A stretch of DNA of 64,000 bases from Tindallia sp. Its GTDB lineage: Bacteria; Bacillota; Clostridia; Peptostreptococcales; Tindalliaceae. Shown here in pieces: positions 34,341-44,685 of the stretch. The stretch is taken from assembly GCA_007134225.1 (NCBI GenBank), contig SLLE01000038.1, positions 2,785 through 66,784 of the forward strand, in the 5' to 3' direction. A program made the position numbers and the translations under genes. Below the pieces are notes generated by a model. It worked only from the letters and a program-made list of their open reading frames with translations. It was not told where the DNA came from and did no database searches. How positions within the stretch are numbered: position 1 is the stretch's first letter; each line of letters opens with the position of its first letter.

Positions 34341-36109
34341 ATGCGATCTATGACAGATTCGTCAGGTGTGACATACAGGGTCTGATGATGATCGTAGATG
34401 ACCATTCCCGGCTGTGCGCCTCGTTGTTTTCGAACATGACGGCATCTGGTGTAATCCACCGCTACATTTTGCCCCATTTTTCCCTTGGAATAGTAGGCGG
34501 CCAGCATGGCAGCAGTTTCCAGAGCTTTCTCCGACGGTTCTTTCTGTCCGGATTTAAGAATGACATGAGAGCCAGGAAAGTCCTTAACGTGAAACCATAG
34601 ATCATTTTTTCCGGCAATGCCAAAGGTTACTTTTTCGTTCTGATAGTTGTTTTTCCCGACATACAGGTCCAGCCCCTCTTCCGTTTGGAAATGAAGAATG
34701 CCGCTTTCCTGTTTTTTGCCGGAGGGCTTGTTTTTTTTGACGCCGGTTTTACGCTTCATGTAACCTGCTTCAACTAGTTCCTGACGAACTTCTTCCAGAT
34801 CCTGCAAGCTTTCGGCCTGCTCTATAAACAGCAATACCTGATCCAGGTATTGCAGTTCCCGGCGGGTTTTTTTCATTTGTCGCTGGATTTCCGTAGTGGC
34901 TTTTTTGGATTTTTGATACCGTTTATAATATTTCTGAGCATTTTGTGCCGGTGTTTTTGCCTTGTTTAGAGGAATTTTCACAAGAGGCTGTTTCTCGTCG
35001 AAATAATTATAGGTCTCCAGGTATTCCTGGCCTTGCTGAATCTGGTGCATATTGGACATGATCAGGTCTGCCTTTACTTTATCCTCTGAAGCCTTACGGG
35101 CCTTATTAAGATCACTATTCAGGTTTTGAAGCCGCTGTGCCGTCCGGTTCCGTTTAATGGTCATATTTTTGCGCAGGTCCTGAGATTTTTGATGCAATCG
35201 CTGATGTTCATCCCGTACCCGATAATATTCCTCCAGCAGCTGGCTGAAGCTGTCGAACACGAGATGGTGCGGATGGCCAACGTGTTCCATGGAAAAGGCA
35301 CTGATGTCCTGGTAGTGCAAGGATTCATCCTGATAGGCGATGGGTGTCAATTCTTTTTGCTGCAGCTTTTTAACCCAGTTTGTAAAAGAACCAAACAGCG
35401 CTTCCTTCTCTCCCTTTTCCAGCGTGTTCCATAGCCGTTCTGAGTCCAGGGATGCCTGATAACAAAGTTCTTTGGCCAGGGAGGGAGATATGCCGGCAAA
35501 AGCCGTTAATAAATCTTTTTCCACAGATCGTCCCTGGGAAGCTTGCACAGCGTCCATCCAGCTTTCAAACTCCTGAACTTCGAATGGGTCAAGCTTTTCT
35601 GACGGTGGATATTGATAGGGAAGCCCCGGAAGAATCTGACGTTTTCGGCTGATGTGCAATGGGATTCGCTTCACGGAGTCCATGATGGTTTGATCCTGAT
35701 CGTCCAGCAGAATGATATTGCTGTGTTTTCCCATCATTTCGATGATCAGGCGCTTTTTTGACAACTGGTTTAATTCGTCGGTTCCTTCCATTTCAAGTTC
35801 AATAATCCGTTCCAAAGAAGGTTGATGAAGGCCCACAATCCGGCTGCCAATCAAATGCTTTCGAAGCAGCATGCAAAACATGGGCGGTGTTTCAGGATTG
35901 ACCCTGGATAAACTGGTCAAATGAATCCTGGGGTATTTGCTGTGGGCAGAAAGCAGAATTTTTTTATTCTGTCCCTGACCACGGGTGGCTAAGATGATTT
36001 CATCGGCTTCCGGTTGATGGATTTTATCGATGCGGTGATTTAGTATTTCTTTCTCTAACTCTGTCTTCAATGCCAGTACCATACTACCGTCCAAAGGCAT
36101 ATTAATCAC
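34322..36109 (-). CDS. rqcH: NFACT family ribosome quality control protein (fibronectin-binding protein A-like)
   Basis: NFACT-N N-terminus (LDGSMVLALKTEL..RIDKIHQP), a coiled-coil middle and the C-terminal DUF814 region (WFHVKDFPGSHVIL). Confidence 0.85.
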   Translation of the reverse strand: MINMPLDGSMVLALKTELEKEILNHRIDKIHQPEADEIILATRGQGQNKKILLSAHSKYPRIHLTSLSRVNPETPPMFCMLLRKHLIGSRIVGLHQPSLERIIELEMEGTDELNQLSKKRLIIEMMGKHSNIILLDDQDQTIMDSVKRIPLHISRKRQILPGLPYQYPPSEKLDPFEVQEFESWMDAVQASQGRSVEKDLLTAFAGISPSLAKELCYQASLDSERLWNTLEKGEKEALFGSFTNWVKKLQQKELTPIAYQDESLHYQDISAFSMEHVGHPHHLVFDSFSQLLEEYYRVRDEHQRLHQKSQDLRKNMTIKRNRTAQRLQNLNSDLNKARKASEDKVKADLIMSNMHQIQQGQEYLETYNYFDEKQPLVKIPLNKAKTPAQNAQKYYKRYQKSKKATTEIQRQMKKTRRELQYLDQVLLFIEQAESLQDLEEVRQELVEAGYMKRKTGVKKNKPSGKKQESGILHFQTEEGLDLYVGKNNYQNEKVTFGIAGKNDLWFHVKDFPGSHVILKSGQKEPSEKALETAAMLAAYYSKGKMGQNVAVDYTRCRHVRKQRGAQPGMVIYDHHQTLYVTPDESVIDRIKKQRP

Positions 36110-36208
36110 TCCTGTTCTATAGCCCTAATCATAACATATCTGAGGAAATCATGTCATTGATGTGCGTAATTTGTTATAATGGACGGAAGGAAGAAAGGAG
36201 TGGATGGA

Positions 36209-37024
36209 ATGAATATTCCGTTTGTTAAAATGCATGGCATCGGCAATGATTTTATTTTGTTGAAACGCCAGGATTTTCCGAATGCTTCCCAAGATCAGAA
36301 ACTGGCAGAAATGATCTGTCAGCGTCACTTTGGAATTGGAGCAGATGGAATGATGGTGGCAGAGGCTTCTGAGAAAGCCGATGTGAAAATGCTTTATTAT
36401 AACGCCGATGGCTCCCAGGGCGAAATGTGCGGGAACGGCATTCGTTGTTTCGCCCATTATGTGCTGGCGGAAAAATTGGTTCCAGAAAAATCTGTTTTAC
36501 GTATCCAAACCTTGCTGGATGTCCGGGAGGTGGAAATACAAAGCCATGAACCGGAGGGCAGCAGGGTAAAAGTATACATGGGTAAGCCGGAAGTGCGTAG
36601 CCTTGAACTGTCTATCACCCTGGATGGAGAAGAGATAAAATTGGCGGATCTGACCGTGGGGGTACCTCATGCTGTCCTCTTGGAACCGCTGCTGAGTATC
36701 CATCGGGTGGAAACGTTGGGTCCAAGAATTGAACGGTTGGACCATTTTCCTCAGGGGACAAATGTTAATTTTGCCAAAGTTCATGACCGAAGTCATGTTT
36801 CTGTGATGACCTGGGAACGGGGTGCCGGACATACGTTGGCCTGCGGAACAGGTATCTGCAGTGTTTGTAGTGTATTGCACCAGAAAGGAATGGTAGAAGA
36901 CCGCATATCCGTCATCGCGGAAGGTGGTCAGCTGAGCATTGAAATAGATGAAAACAGTGGAATTTATATGATAGGGCCCGGCGAAATGATTGCCCGGGGA
37001 AATTTTACAGGAAAGGACTTTTAA
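36209..37024 (+). CDS. dapF: Diaminopimelate epimerase
   Basis: FVKMHGIGNDFILL. The two catalytic Cys are in CGNGIRC and LACGTG. ATG 36209 follows AAAGGAG. Confidence 0.9.
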   Translation: MNIPFVKMHGIGNDFILLKRQDFPNASQDQKLAEMICQRHFGIGADGMMVAEASEKADVKMLYYNADGSQGEMCGNGIRCFAHYVLAEKLVPEKSVLRIQTLLDVREVEIQSHEPEGSRVKVYMGKPEVRSLELSITLDGEEIKLADLTVGVPHAVLLEPLLSIHRVETLGPRIERLDHFPQGTNVNFAKVHDRSHVSVMTWERGAGHTLACGTGICSVCSVLHQKGMVEDRISVIAEGGQLSIEIDENSGIYMIGPGEMIARGNFTGKDF

Positions 37025-37027
37025 ACG

Positions 37028-37909
37028 ATGATTAACAGTATGACAGGTTATGGAAGATCTGAAGTTGTTTTGAATGCCAACGTTTATACCATTGAAATGA
37101 AGAGTGTCAATCACCGTTATCTGGATGTCTGTGTCAAAATGCCGCGTAAGATCAGTTTTATGGAAGAAAAAATTAAGCAGTGCATGAAACAGCACATCAC
37201 CCGCGGACGTGTGGATGTGTTTATCAACCAAGCAGGTCAGGGAGAAATTTCCAAAGCCGTTACCCTGGATAAAGATCTGGGAAGGGCATATCGGAACGCC
37301 TTTGAAGCATTAAGCGAAGAACTGGGACTGAAAAACGATTTGACTGCTTCCGGTTTGGCACGGTTACCGGAAATGATCATTCTGGAAGAACCGGAAGTGA
37401 ATGAAGATGCGTTATGGACCGAATTGGAAAAAGGGATCCGGGAAGCTGCCGGACAATTATGTGCCATGCGGGCGTCAGAAGGCAAGAACATGGAGGATGA
37501 TTTAAAGCTGCGGATTCAAATCTTGAAAGGATACATAGACGAAATCGGAGCGCTTTCGCCGGATTACAGCAAAGCCTACCGGGAACGGCTGATGAAGCGC
37601 ATTCAGGAACTGACGGACAAAGAATTTGAGGTGGATGAGCAGCGAATCGCCATGGAAGTGGCTATTTTATCGGAAAAAACCTGTGTTGATGAAGAATTGG
37701 TTCGGTTTCGAAGCCATTTGAATCAGATGGAAGAAACCTTGAACCAGAAGGAGACCGTTGGGCGCAAACTGGATTTTATGCTTCAGGAAGTGAACCGGGA
37801 GATCAACACCATCGGTTCCAAAGCCAGCGATTTTAGTATTAACTCTTTGGTGGTGGAAGTGAAAAGCGAACTGGAAAAAATGCGGGAACAGGTTCAAAAT
37901 ATAGAATAA
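37028..37909 (+). CDS. yicC: YicC family stress-induced protein
   Basis: N-terminus MINSMTGYGRSE, YicC_N and DUF1732 architecture, 293 aa. Confidence 0.85.
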   Translation: MINSMTGYGRSEVVLNANVYTIEMKSVNHRYLDVCVKMPRKISFMEEKIKQCMKQHITRGRVDVFINQAGQGEISKAVTLDKDLGRAYRNAFEALSEELGLKNDLTASGLARLPEMIILEEPEVNEDALWTELEKGIREAAGQLCAMRASEGKNMEDDLKLRIQILKGYIDEIGALSPDYSKAYRERLMKRIQELTDKEFEVDEQRIAMEVAILSEKTCVDEELVRFRSHLNQMEETLNQKETVGRKLDFMLQEVNREINTIGSKASDFSINSLVVEVKSELEKMREQVQNIE

Positions 37910-37921
37910 AGGAGGATTTTG

Positions 37922-38194
37922 ATGGGGATTAAACTGATTAATATCGGATTTGGAAACATTGTTTCGGCGAATCGGATCATTGCTATTGTGAGTCCGGAAT
38001 CGGCTCCGATTAAACGAATTATCCAGGAAGCCAGGGATCAGGGAAGCCTGATTGATGCCACCTATGGTCGCAGAACCAGAGCGGTGATTGTCACCGACAG
38101 CGATCATGTAATTTTATCGGCGGTTCAGCCGGAAACCGTTGCACACCGATTGCAAGATAAGGAAGAGCAGAAAGAGATCACAAAAGACCCCTAA
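37922..38194 (+). CDS. remA: RemA/DUF370 family regulator
   Basis: [32 protein letters not shown]. Conserved yicC-remA-gmk synteny. Confidence 0.85.
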   Translation: MGIKLINIGFGNIVSANRIIAIVSPESAPIKRIIQEARDQGSLIDATYGRRTRAVIVTDSDHVILSAVQPETVAHRLQDKEEQKEITKDP

Positions 38195-38229
38195 GCCGGT
38201 CATCAGGATTAACATAAGGAGGAAGCCCA

Positions 38230-38844
38230 ATGAATCAGAAAGGTCTGTTAATGGTTATTTCCGGCCCCTCAGGAACTGGTAAGGGCACCTTGGTAAAGCA
38301 TTTGCTGAAACGAAATAACCGAATACAACTTTCCGTATCGGCCACCACCCGGAATCCAAGGCCTGGTGAAGTGGACGGAGTGAATTATTTTTTTTTGAAA
38401 GAAGCTGAGTTTAAGGAGAAACTTGCACAGGACGAATTTCTGGAACATGCGGAAGTTTATGGCAATTATTATGGAACTCCGAAGGCCTTTGTGGAAGATC
38501 AGCTGAATAAAGGGCAGAGTGTGCTCTTGGAAATCGATATTGTTGGTGCTTTGCAGATTCGGGAAAAATTTGAAGAAGTGGTTTTTCTTTTCGTTATTCC
38601 GCCTTCCCTGAAGGAACTGCAACGGCGCATCAAAACCCGGGGGACCGAAACACAGGAACAAATGGCAAAACGGATGGATAGTGCTTTGGAAGAAATCAAA
38701 GAGCTGAAACAGTATGATTATGTGATTCTCAACGATCAAATTCATAAGGCGACAAGGCTTATCGAATCCATCGTAGAAGCAGAACTGGCCAGTGTGAAGC
38801 GCAGCCAAAGTTACTGGCTGGATCTTTTTGGAGTCGGGAGGTGA
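38230..38844 (+). CDS. gmk: Guanylate kinase
   Basis: P-loop GPSGTGKGT and the SATTRNPRPGEVDGVNYFF motif. Confidence 0.95.
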   Translation: MNQKGLLMVISGPSGTGKGTLVKHLLKRNNRIQLSVSATTRNPRPGEVDGVNYFFLKEAEFKEKLAQDEFLEHAEVYGNYYGTPKAFVEDQLNKGQSVLLEIDIVGALQIREKFEEVVFLFVIPPSLKELQRRIKTRGTETQEQMAKRMDSALEEIKELKQYDYVILNDQIHKATRLIESIVEAELASVKRSQSYWLDLFGVGR

Positions 38845-38849
38845 ATTCA

Positions 38850-40064
38850 ATGCTGAAAGGAAAACATATTGTCGTTGGAGTAACCGGTGGCGTTGCCGCT
38901 TATAAAGCCTGCGAACTGGTCAGCCGACTGTCAAAGCAGCAGGCAACGGTTGAAGTGATGATGACAGAAGCTGCCACTTCTTTCGTTAAACCGGAAACCT
39001 TTCAGGCCTTAAGCCGAAACCAAGTGGTGACGGGTCTTTTTCAGTCCGTTAAATACTGGGAAATCGAACATATTTCCCTGGCACAAAAAACCGATGCGGT
39101 GATCATTGCACCGGCAACGGCAAATATAATTGGAAAAATTGCCAATGGCATTGCGGATGATTTTCTTTCCACCATGGTGATGGCTTCCACGGTTCCCGTG
39201 GTTCTGGCACCTGCTATGAACACCCAAATGTATGAAAATCCGATTTTCCAGCGAAACATGGAGGTTCTGAAATCTCATGGCTACCATTTTGTGGATCCCT
39301 GCGAAGGACTGCTGGCCTGCGGCGACATTGGAAAAGGTAAAATGGCAGAGCCGGCTACGCTGGAAGATTATCTGATCAACCTGCTAATACCAAAACAGGA
39401 CTTGGCCGGGTATCGCATTCTGGTTACCGCCGGGCCCACCCGGGAAGAAATTGACCCGGTGCGGTACATCACCAATTACTCTTCGGGAAAAATGGGCTAT
39501 GCCCTGGCGGAAATGGCAAAAAAAAGAGGCGCTCAGGTAACCTTGGTGACGGGACCCTGCCAAATTCCCGTTCCAAAGGTGGATGAAGTGGTCTCGGTTC
39601 TCTCAACGAAAGAAATGCTGCAGGCTGTCATGAGTCGCTATGAGGAACAGGATGCGGTCGTTAAGGCGGCTGCGGTGGCAGATTACCGACCGGCGGACCG
39701 GGCTGCTCAAAAGATAAAAAAACAGGATGATGAAACGATATCGCTTGCATTGGTTAAAAATCCGGACATTTTATGGGAGCTGGGTAAGATCAAAAAAGAC
39801 CAAGTGCTGGTTGGCTTCGCCGCCGAGACGGAAAACCTTGTGAAACATGCCACATCTAAAATAAAGCACAAAAACCTGGATTTGATTGTTGCCAATGATT
39901 TGACGCTGCCAGGTGTCGGGTTTGATCACGATACCAACCAGGTAACGCTGCTTTTTCCGGATGGCCGCAGTCAGCAAATACCGATGGAAGAAAAAACGAA
40001 AATTGCTGACAGTATTTTAAATGAGGTGGTTCATTTGCTGCGGCAGAAACATGCACGAAAATGA
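38850..40064 (+). CDS. coaBC: Bifunctional phosphopantothenoylcysteine decarboxylase / phosphopantothenate-cysteine ligase
   Basis: Flavoprotein N-domain (IVVGVTGGVAAYKA, PAMNTQM) and DFP C-domain (ITNYSSGKMG). ATG 38850 lies 9 nt after GGGAGG. Confidence 0.9.
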   Translation: MLKGKHIVVGVTGGVAAYKACELVSRLSKQQATVEVMMTEAATSFVKPETFQALSRNQVVTGLFQSVKYWEIEHISLAQKTDAVIIAPATANIIGKIANGIADDFLSTMVMASTVPVVLAPAMNTQMYENPIFQRNMEVLKSHGYHFVDPCEGLLACGDIGKGKMAEPATLEDYLINLLIPKQDLAGYRILVTAGPTREEIDPVRYITNYSSGKMGYALAEMAKKRGAQVTLVTGPCQIPVPKVDEVVSVLSTKEMLQAVMSRYEEQDAVVKAAAVADYRPADRAAQKIKKQDDETISLALVKNPDILWELGKIKKDQVLVGFAAETENLVKHATSKIKHKNLDLIVANDLTLPGVGFDHDTNQVTLLFPDGRSQQIPMEEKTKIADSILNEVVHLLRQKHARK

Positions 40065-40097
40065 ACGAAGACTCAGTTTAAGCAGGAGGGAAACCCT

Positions 40098-42425
40098 TTG
40101 GGTTCTAAAACAAAGATTGCCAGTGTGATTTTGGACCATTATCATGAAAAAATGGATCATTACTTTGACTACCTGGTTCCTGGAGAATGCTTGGACTCCA
40201 TTCAGTCCGGGATGCGCGTGTTAGTTCCCTTCGGCAGAGGCAATAAAACCCTGGAAGCCTATGTGATGAACCTTTGGGAAACGGAAGATGTGCCGGAAAC
40301 GCTAAAACCTATCCACAGTCTGATTGAATCCCATCCGGTGATGACTGGCGACCATCTAAATCTGGTTCTCTGGATGAAAAAGCATTATCTTTGCCGATAC
40401 ATCGAAGGAATCCGTTGTTTTGTCCCCTCCGGCCTGGTGCATAAATCCAGCCGTGAAGTTTATTACGAAAACGGTATTCGAATGGTCAGGGAAAAGACCA
40501 ACTCTAAAAACACGCCCAAAAAGGTGCTTTACGCCATTTTAACGGATCAAAATGATTCTGGGGAAAACCTGGAAACATCACTGCAACGAGCACCGGCTCA
40601 ACTGAAAGCGCTGAAAATTCTTCAGGAGAAAAAAATGCTACCGCTGGCGGAACTTGTGCGGTTGGCGGACACAGGCCGACAGACCGTCAAAGCCCTGGAG
40701 GCGAAAAAGCTGGTATTGATCGAAGAAAAAACCGTCGGCCGGAATCCCTTTAAGGATCGACCCATCATTCCTTATCCGGCGCCGGTTCTGACAGAAGATC
40801 AGCTTCGTGTCTGGAAGGGAATAAAAATGAGCTTATCCGAAAACCCGGAAAAACCGGTACTGCTGCATGGAATCACCGGCAGCGGTAAAACGGAAATCTA
40901 CCTCCATTTAATCGAAGAAAATCTGGAACAGCAAAAAGACAGCATCATCATGGTGCCGGAAATCTCCTTGACACCACAGATGGTGGATCGATTTCGCGGA
41001 CGGTTTGGCGAAACCGTCGCCGTGCTTCACAGCCATCTTTCCCAGGGGGAACGATTAGACGAGTGGCGAAAAATCAGGGATGGACGTGCAAAAATTGTTA
41101 TAGGACCAAGGTCTGCTATTTTTGCTCCTTTCCGAAATCTCGGCATGATCATCATTGATGAGGTGCATGAAAGCAGCTATAAATCAGAGCAATCACCTCG
41201 TTATCACGCCCTGGACGTGGCAAGGGCCCGTTCTGTTTTTGAAAAGGCAAACCTCCTCATGGGCTCGGCCACCCCCTCCGTGGAGACTTATTATCAAAGC
41301 CTTCAGCAGGAATTTCATCTGGAAACCCTTGAAAAAAGGATACCCGGTGCCAGGTTGCCGGACATTGAAACCGTGGATATGCGAGAAGAACTGAAAGCAG
41401 GCAATGCTACTCTTTTCAGCCGAAAGCTGCTCCAACAGATCCAGGAGCGGCTGAATCTGGGAGAGCAGTCCATTCTGTTTCTGAACCGGCGGGGTTATTC
41501 CACGCTGGTGAATTGCTTTCAATGCGGAAACACTATCAAATGCGACCACTGCGACATTCCGATGAAATGGCATCGCAAGGATGATCGATTAAAATGCCAT
41601 TTCTGCGGCTGGGAACAACCCACCATGACCCACTGTCCGGAGTGTCGACAGGAACTGACCTACAAAGGCTTTGGCACACAAAAGATCGAAAAAACCTTAA
41701 AGGAATTCTTTCCGGAGGCCAGCATCATGCGGATGGACATGGATACCACCCGCCAAAAAAGATCTCATGAAAAACTATTGCAGCAATTTGGGCAGGGAAA
41801 ATATGATATTCTTCTTGGAACACAAATGATTACAAAAGGCCTTGATTTTCCAAACGTCACACTGGTGGGCGTACTAATGGCTGATGCCAGCCTTGGATTG
41901 CCGGACTTTCGAGCATCGGAAAAAACCTTTCAGCTGATCACGCAGGTGGCCGGACGGGCCGGACGGGGGGATATATCTGGGGATGTAGTCCTTCAAACGT
42001 TTCAGCCGGATCATTATGCCGTATCCCTGGCGGCCCGGCAACAATACCTTGCATTTTACCACGAAGAAATTCAGTTGCGAAAAACCTACCGTTATCCACC
42101 ATTTAATGATATGATTTTAATTACGTTTTCCGGGCCTGAAGAAGAAAAGGTAAAAGCTGGTGCCCGGGTCAGCTATGACAGCTTTCTTTTCCTGCTCCAG
42201 CAGCAGAGAGTTGTTTCTGCGGAGAATACGTTGATGCCGCCGGTGGTGGCACCTTTGGCCCGAGCGGAAGGAAAGCACCGCTACCATCTTTTAATGAAAT
42301 CTGGAGACGTGTCTGTGACCTTATTGAAAAAAATGATTAAATACATTTTGATTGAAAATAAATCTAAGTGGATTGACCCATCTGTCACCACAGTGATTGA
42401 TATGAATCCATATATTTTATTGTGA
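40098..42425 (+). CDS. priA: Primosomal replication restart helicase PriA
   Basis: TTG start after AGGAGGG. Walker A GITGSGKT, DEVH box IIDEVHESSYK, Cys-rich zinc region CFQCGNTIKCDHC...CHFCG...CPEC. Confidence 0.95.
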   Translation: MGSKTKIASVILDHYHEKMDHYFDYLVPGECLDSIQSGMRVLVPFGRGNKTLEAYVMNLWETEDVPETLKPIHSLIESHPVMTGDHLNLVLWMKKHYLCRYIEGIRCFVPSGLVHKSSREVYYENGIRMVREKTNSKNTPKKVLYAILTDQNDSGENLETSLQRAPAQLKALKILQEKKMLPLAELVRLADTGRQTVKALEAKKLVLIEEKTVGRNPFKDRPIIPYPAPVLTEDQLRVWKGIKMSLSENPEKPVLLHGITGSGKTEIYLHLIEENLEQQKDSIIMVPEISLTPQMVDRFRGRFGETVAVLHSHLSQGERLDEWRKIRDGRAKIVIGPRSAIFAPFRNLGMIIIDEVHESSYKSEQSPRYHALDVARARSVFEKANLLMGSATPSVETYYQSLQQEFHLETLEKRIPGARLPDIETVDMREELKAGNATLFSRKLLQQIQERLNLGEQSILFLNRRGYSTLVNCFQCGNTIKCDHCDIPMKWHRKDDRLKCHFCGWEQPTMTHCPECRQELTYKGFGTQKIEKTLKEFFPEASIMRMDMDTTRQKRSHEKLLQQFGQGKYDILLGTQMITKGLDFPNVTLVGVLMADASLGLPDFRASEKTFQLITQVAGRAGRGDISGDVVLQTFQPDHYAVSLAARQQYLAFYHEEIQLRKTYRYPPFNDMILITFSGPEEEKVKAGARVSYDSFLFLLQQQRVVSAENTLMPPVVAPLARAEGKHRYHLLMKSGDVSVTLLKKMIKYILIENKSKWIDPSVTTVIDMNPYILL

Positions 42426-42439
42426 TAGGAGAGTTGTGC

Positions 42440-42943
42440 ATGGCAATCAGAACCATTCGAACGGATGAAGACCCTATTTTACGAAAAACGTCAAGGGTAG
42501 TTGAAGTAATCAATGACAGAATACTGACACTGTTGGATGATATGGCTGAAACCATGCATGAGGCGGAAGGCGTTGGTTTGGCTGCTCCCCAGGTGGGAGT
42601 GCTGAAACGTATCATTGTCCTTGATGTGGGCGAAGGCCTGATAGAAATGATTAACCCGGAAATTCTTGAAATAGCCGGAGAACAGTGCGGCCCGGAGGGC
42701 TGCCTCAGCGTTCCGGAGCAAAGCGGAACGGTTATCCGGCCTCAAAGAGTGAAAGTAAAGGCACTAAACCGGCATCACGAAGCATTTGAACTGGAAGCGG
42801 AAGACTTACTGGCTCGAGCCATTTGTCATGAAATTGATCACTTAAATGGTATTTTGTTTACGGATCTCATGCTTTCAGAAGAAGAGGCAGAAGCTTATGA
42901 AAAGGCTTCCGCGGAAGAAGGCAGTGAGGAAAGATCGGACTGA
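42440..42943 (+). CDS. def: Peptide deformylase
   Basis: Motifs GVGLAAPQ, EGCLS and HEIDHLNG, with an acidic C-terminal tail. Confidence 0.95.
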   Translation: MAIRTIRTDEDPILRKTSRVVEVINDRILTLLDDMAETMHEAEGVGLAAPQVGVLKRIIVLDVGEGLIEMINPEILEIAGEQCGPEGCLSVPEQSGTVIRPQRVKVKALNRHHEAFELEAEDLLARAICHEIDHLNGILFTDLMLSEEEAEAYEKASAEEGSEERSD

Positions 42944-42962
42944 AGAGAGGTGAGGGACAGGC

Positions 42963-43916
42963 GTGAAAATTGTATATATGGGAACGCCGGATTTTGCCAT
43001 TCCAACACTGGAAGCGTTGATCGCCAGTGAAAGAACAGAAGTGGTAGGCGTTTTTACTCAACCGGATAAACCAAAAGGCCGGGGCCATCGAAGGATGATG
43101 CCGCCGGTAAAAGAAAAAGCTTTGGCACATGAAATACCAGTTTTTCAGCCACCTGCCAAAATAAGCGCAGAAGAAATCCGGATTTTAAAAGAATTGAATC
43201 CGGATTTAATCGTGGTGGCAGCTTATGGACAGATACTCCCGGAAGCGGTGATCAATTTGCCGATTTACGGATGCATCAACGTACACGCCTCCCTGTTGCC
43301 AAAGTACCGGGGAGCAGCACCCATTCAGTGGGCCATCATCAACGGTGAAAAAGAAACCGGGGTAACAACCATGCAGATGGATATCGGCCTGGATACCGGT
43401 GATATGCTGCTGAAGGAAGCAATTCCCATTGAAGAAACGGACACCTCTGTCACCCTGCACGACAAATTAGCAGCCCTGGGGGCAGAACTGCTCATGAAGA
43501 CAGTGGAAGGGATTGAAGAGGGAAATCTAAGTACTAAACCTCAGAACCCGGCATTATCCTCTTATGCTCCCATGTTGCATAAAGATACAGGTAGAATTAA
43601 CTGGAATCAACCAGCGGCTTCCATTCATTGCCTGATCCGGGGAACACAACCCTGGCCAGCAGCTTACACCCTGTACCATGGTCAAAAAATGAAAATCTGG
43701 CAGAGTCAGGTCGTGAAAGCTTCTTCCACTACATTGGAACCAGGGCTCATTCGGCAGGCATCTCGAAAAGGAATTTTAGTGGATGCGGCCGAAGATCAGT
43801 TGTTGATTGAGGAAATACAAATGGCCGGCAAAAAACGAATGGTCGTTGGTTCATTTTTGGCGGGCAATACCATCCAAACAGGGGTTGTACTGGGAGCAGA
43901 AAACGATGATGAATGA
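42963..43916 (+). CDS. fmt: Methionyl-tRNA formyltransferase
   Basis: GTG start. IVYMGTPDFA, HASLLPKYRGAAPI, and a C-terminal Fmt domain. Confidence 0.95.
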   Translation: MKIVYMGTPDFAIPTLEALIASERTEVVGVFTQPDKPKGRGHRRMMPPVKEKALAHEIPVFQPPAKISAEEIRILKELNPDLIVVAAYGQILPEAVINLPIYGCINVHASLLPKYRGAAPIQWAIINGEKETGVTTMQMDIGLDTGDMLLKEAIPIEETDTSVTLHDKLAALGAELLMKTVEGIEEGNLSTKPQNPALSSYAPMLHKDTGRINWNQPAASIHCLIRGTQPWPAAYTLYHGQKMKIWQSQVVKASSTTLEPGLIRQASRKGILVDAAEDQLLIEEIQMAGKKRMVVGSFLAGNTIQTGVVLGAENDDE

Positions 43917-44685
43917 AAAAAAACACTCACCTTCCGCCTTTCGAACGACAATAAGCCTGCTTCTGTTATGGCTGCTGGTATCCGTTTTACTGATTATAAT
44001 GGTGGTCTGGCTTATTTCCGAACAACATATGCCTGTTTATCTGGTTTTTAATGCGATTGCCATCGTTGTTATCCTGATTTTCGGCCTCATGGTATTGGTC
44101 AGTCTGTTTACTTTTTTTCAGATATGGTATAATAGGAGTGTTCCAAAGAGGATGTTGCAGTGGACGAAAGCCTCTTTGAACTGGCTTTATCCATTACTGA
44201 AAATGGCTGGCATGTTAATGAAGCGGGATAGGGATGATATTCGGAAAGCCTTTACGCTGCTGAATAATCGTATTATGCTAAATGAAAGCAAAAAGTACAA
44301 AGGAGAAGAGATTCTTTTGCTGACGCCGCACTGTTTGCAAAAGGCTCATTGTTCCATTAAAGTCACCAATGACGTGGACCTTTGTCAGGAGTGCGGCTTG
44401 TGCAGTGTCGGCGATTTAAAATATTTGCAGCGAACCTACGGCGTTCAGTGTGATGTGGTTACCGGTGGAACCCTGGCCAGACGAAGGATTGAAGAGAAAA
44501 AACCAGGTCTGATCATTGCCATTGCCTGCGAGAGAGACTTGGTCAGCGGCCTGATGGATGTCAAGAATATTCCGGTGTATGCGATTATTAATGACCGGCC
44601 GGAGGGACCGTGTTATAATACAGTCGTACAAAAAAAAGAAGTGGAAAATACCATAAAGCATTTTATAAGAGGTGATGAAAAATGA
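43906..44685 (+). CDS. DUF116 family membrane protein (Cys-rich, function unknown)
   Basis: ATGATG start overlaps the fmt stop. Two N-terminal TM segments. Cys cluster HCLQKAHCSIKVTNDVDLCQECGLCSVG. Confidence 0.75.
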   Translation: MMNEKKHSPSAFRTTISLLLLWLLVSVLLIIMVVWLISEQHMPVYLVFNAIAIVVILIFGLMVLVSLFTFFQIWYNRSVPKRMLQWTKASLNWLYPLLKMAGMLMKRDRDDIRKAFTLLNNRIMLNESKKYKGEEILLLTPHCLQKAHCSIKVTNDVDLCQECGLCSVGDLKYLQRTYGVQCDVVTGGTLARRRIEEKKPGLIIAIACERDLVSGLMDVKNIPVYAIINDRPEGPCYNTVVQKKEVENTIKHFIRGDEK

